From contig OX597826.1 in the NCBI GenBank assembly GCA_951406725.2, positions 22,134,001 through 22,198,000 of the forward strand: a stretch of DNA of 64,000 nucleotides. The letters run 5' to 3'. Below are positions 62,717-64,000 of the stretch, piece after piece. Position 1 is the stretch's first letter, and every line of letters starts with the position of its first letter. The notes under the pieces are model-generated. The model was given only the letters and a program-made list of their open reading frames with translations. It made no database searches and was not told the DNA's origin. The position numbers were made by a program, and so were the translations under genes. Source of the stretch: Octopus vulgaris. Taxonomy: Eukaryota.

Positions 62717-62904
62717 TATCAACAGCTTATTACTCAAGTGCAGTGTTTCAGTTGGCCTGGCTCAGAACTTATGTGGGACAAGTAGCTTAATACTTGATCT
62801 AGTTTGAAACAGTAGAAATAAAAACATTGATAATAACACCAAAATGAAAATTAAAATATTTTCATGAAGAAGCAAGACTGGAGCAATAATTATCAACCTC
62901 AACC

Positions 62905-63413
62905 TCATCATCATTTAATGTCCATTTTTCCATGCTGGCATGGGTTGGATAGTTTGATAAGAACTGGCAAACCAGAGAGTTGTACCCAGCTCTATTATCT
63001 ACTTTGGTATGATTTCTACAGCTAGACACCCTTCCTAATGCCAGCTAGTCACATATCAGGCAGCTGTGCTGGTGACAAGTGGAAAGCACCTTTCGAACAT
63101 GGGGCCTGATGGAGGCAATGATAAGTGATGGAGACCTTTGGCAATATGCTGTGCTTGAGAAGAATTATGAAGCCAAGTGAAAGTGTAGTTATGGCCGATG
63201 CTGGTGTCATGTAATTGGGACCTGTGTTGGTGGCATGTAAAAAGCAACAACCACTACACTCTTGGAGTAGTTGGTGTTAGGAAGGGCATCCAGCCATAGA
63301 GACCATGCCAAGTCAGATTGTAACCTGGTGCAGCTCTCCATCTTACCAGTATTCAGTCAAACTGTCCAACCCATGCCAGCATGGAAAGCAGATGCTAACT
63401 GATGATGATGATG
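62905..63413. mobile_element. Two RTE 3' tails in opposite orientation
   Basis: Minus-strand tail at 62905-63045 and plus-strand tail at ~63055-63413, each with (TGA)n. Confidence 0.75.
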
Positions 63414-64000
63414 GGTGCATTTTTAGTGGCACCAGTACTGGTGGGGGTCATCATGTAACTTGCAAGATAAAAACTTCTTGATTGAAAGTGGGGGAACAGA
63501 ACTGAGGTGGGTGGCTTTGTGCCAGTTGATGAGAGGTGAAAAAGAATAATAGAGGGATAAAGATGGGTGTCTTGCTGTAGAAGAGATATGAGGATACCTC
63601 AGTAGGAAAAGAAAGGAGAGAAAGAGAGTGGTAGAGATAGGGAGACAGAATGAGAAAGTGTGAAAGATGGTAGTGCAGATGTGTTGAGACCATACCTTCA
63701 AGGTACGGTGGGGGTGGTGAAGAACATAGGTGAAGTGGTAGAGGGGATTGGACTGATTGGGAAAGTGGGGGGTATAAAGGAAGAAGCTTTATAAGAGTGT
63801 GAGGAAAGATGGTTAGAGACAGGATAGAGGTGATTGTGGCGAGTGATTGTGAGAGATATAGGAGTGCTTTAGGGGACAGGGGTTTATGGTAGCATTGAGA
63901 TTGACAGCAGATAAGAAAGATGTAAATATTTAGTAATTCTTACTTGTGTGATATTTGATTGATAATTTTGTGTCTTCTCTGTGTCTTCTTCTAACTCTTC

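Overview
AT-rich, microsatellite-dense eukaryotic DNA. The repeat repertoire (tRNA-derived SINEs, RTE LINEs with (TGA)n tails, (TA)n/(CA)n arrays) is of the kind seen in octopod cephalopods; this taxon call is an inference. The whole window appears to lie inside one unidentified minus-strand multi-exon gene. About 16 short exons, including probable 7- and 10-nt microexons, can be chained in frame from 62298 to position 1. The introns are packed with mobile DNA: two full Ty3/Gypsy LTR elements with TSDs, three Penelope-like elements, RTE, L1/Tx1 and R4-like LINE remnants, Tc1 (DD34E), two mariners, a maT-like element, a MULE, Helitron/Helentron derivatives, MITEs and SINEs. The most notable signal is a set of type I hammerhead ribozyme motifs from several unrelated repeat families. 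The best example is a near-identical 474-bp non-coding unit arranged as tandem plus inverted copies (25138-26584) with one hammerhead per unit. This is a retrozyme-like arrangement that could release a 474-nt RNA, possibly circular, from the host intron. All coordinates and alignments were read by eye; no searches were run.
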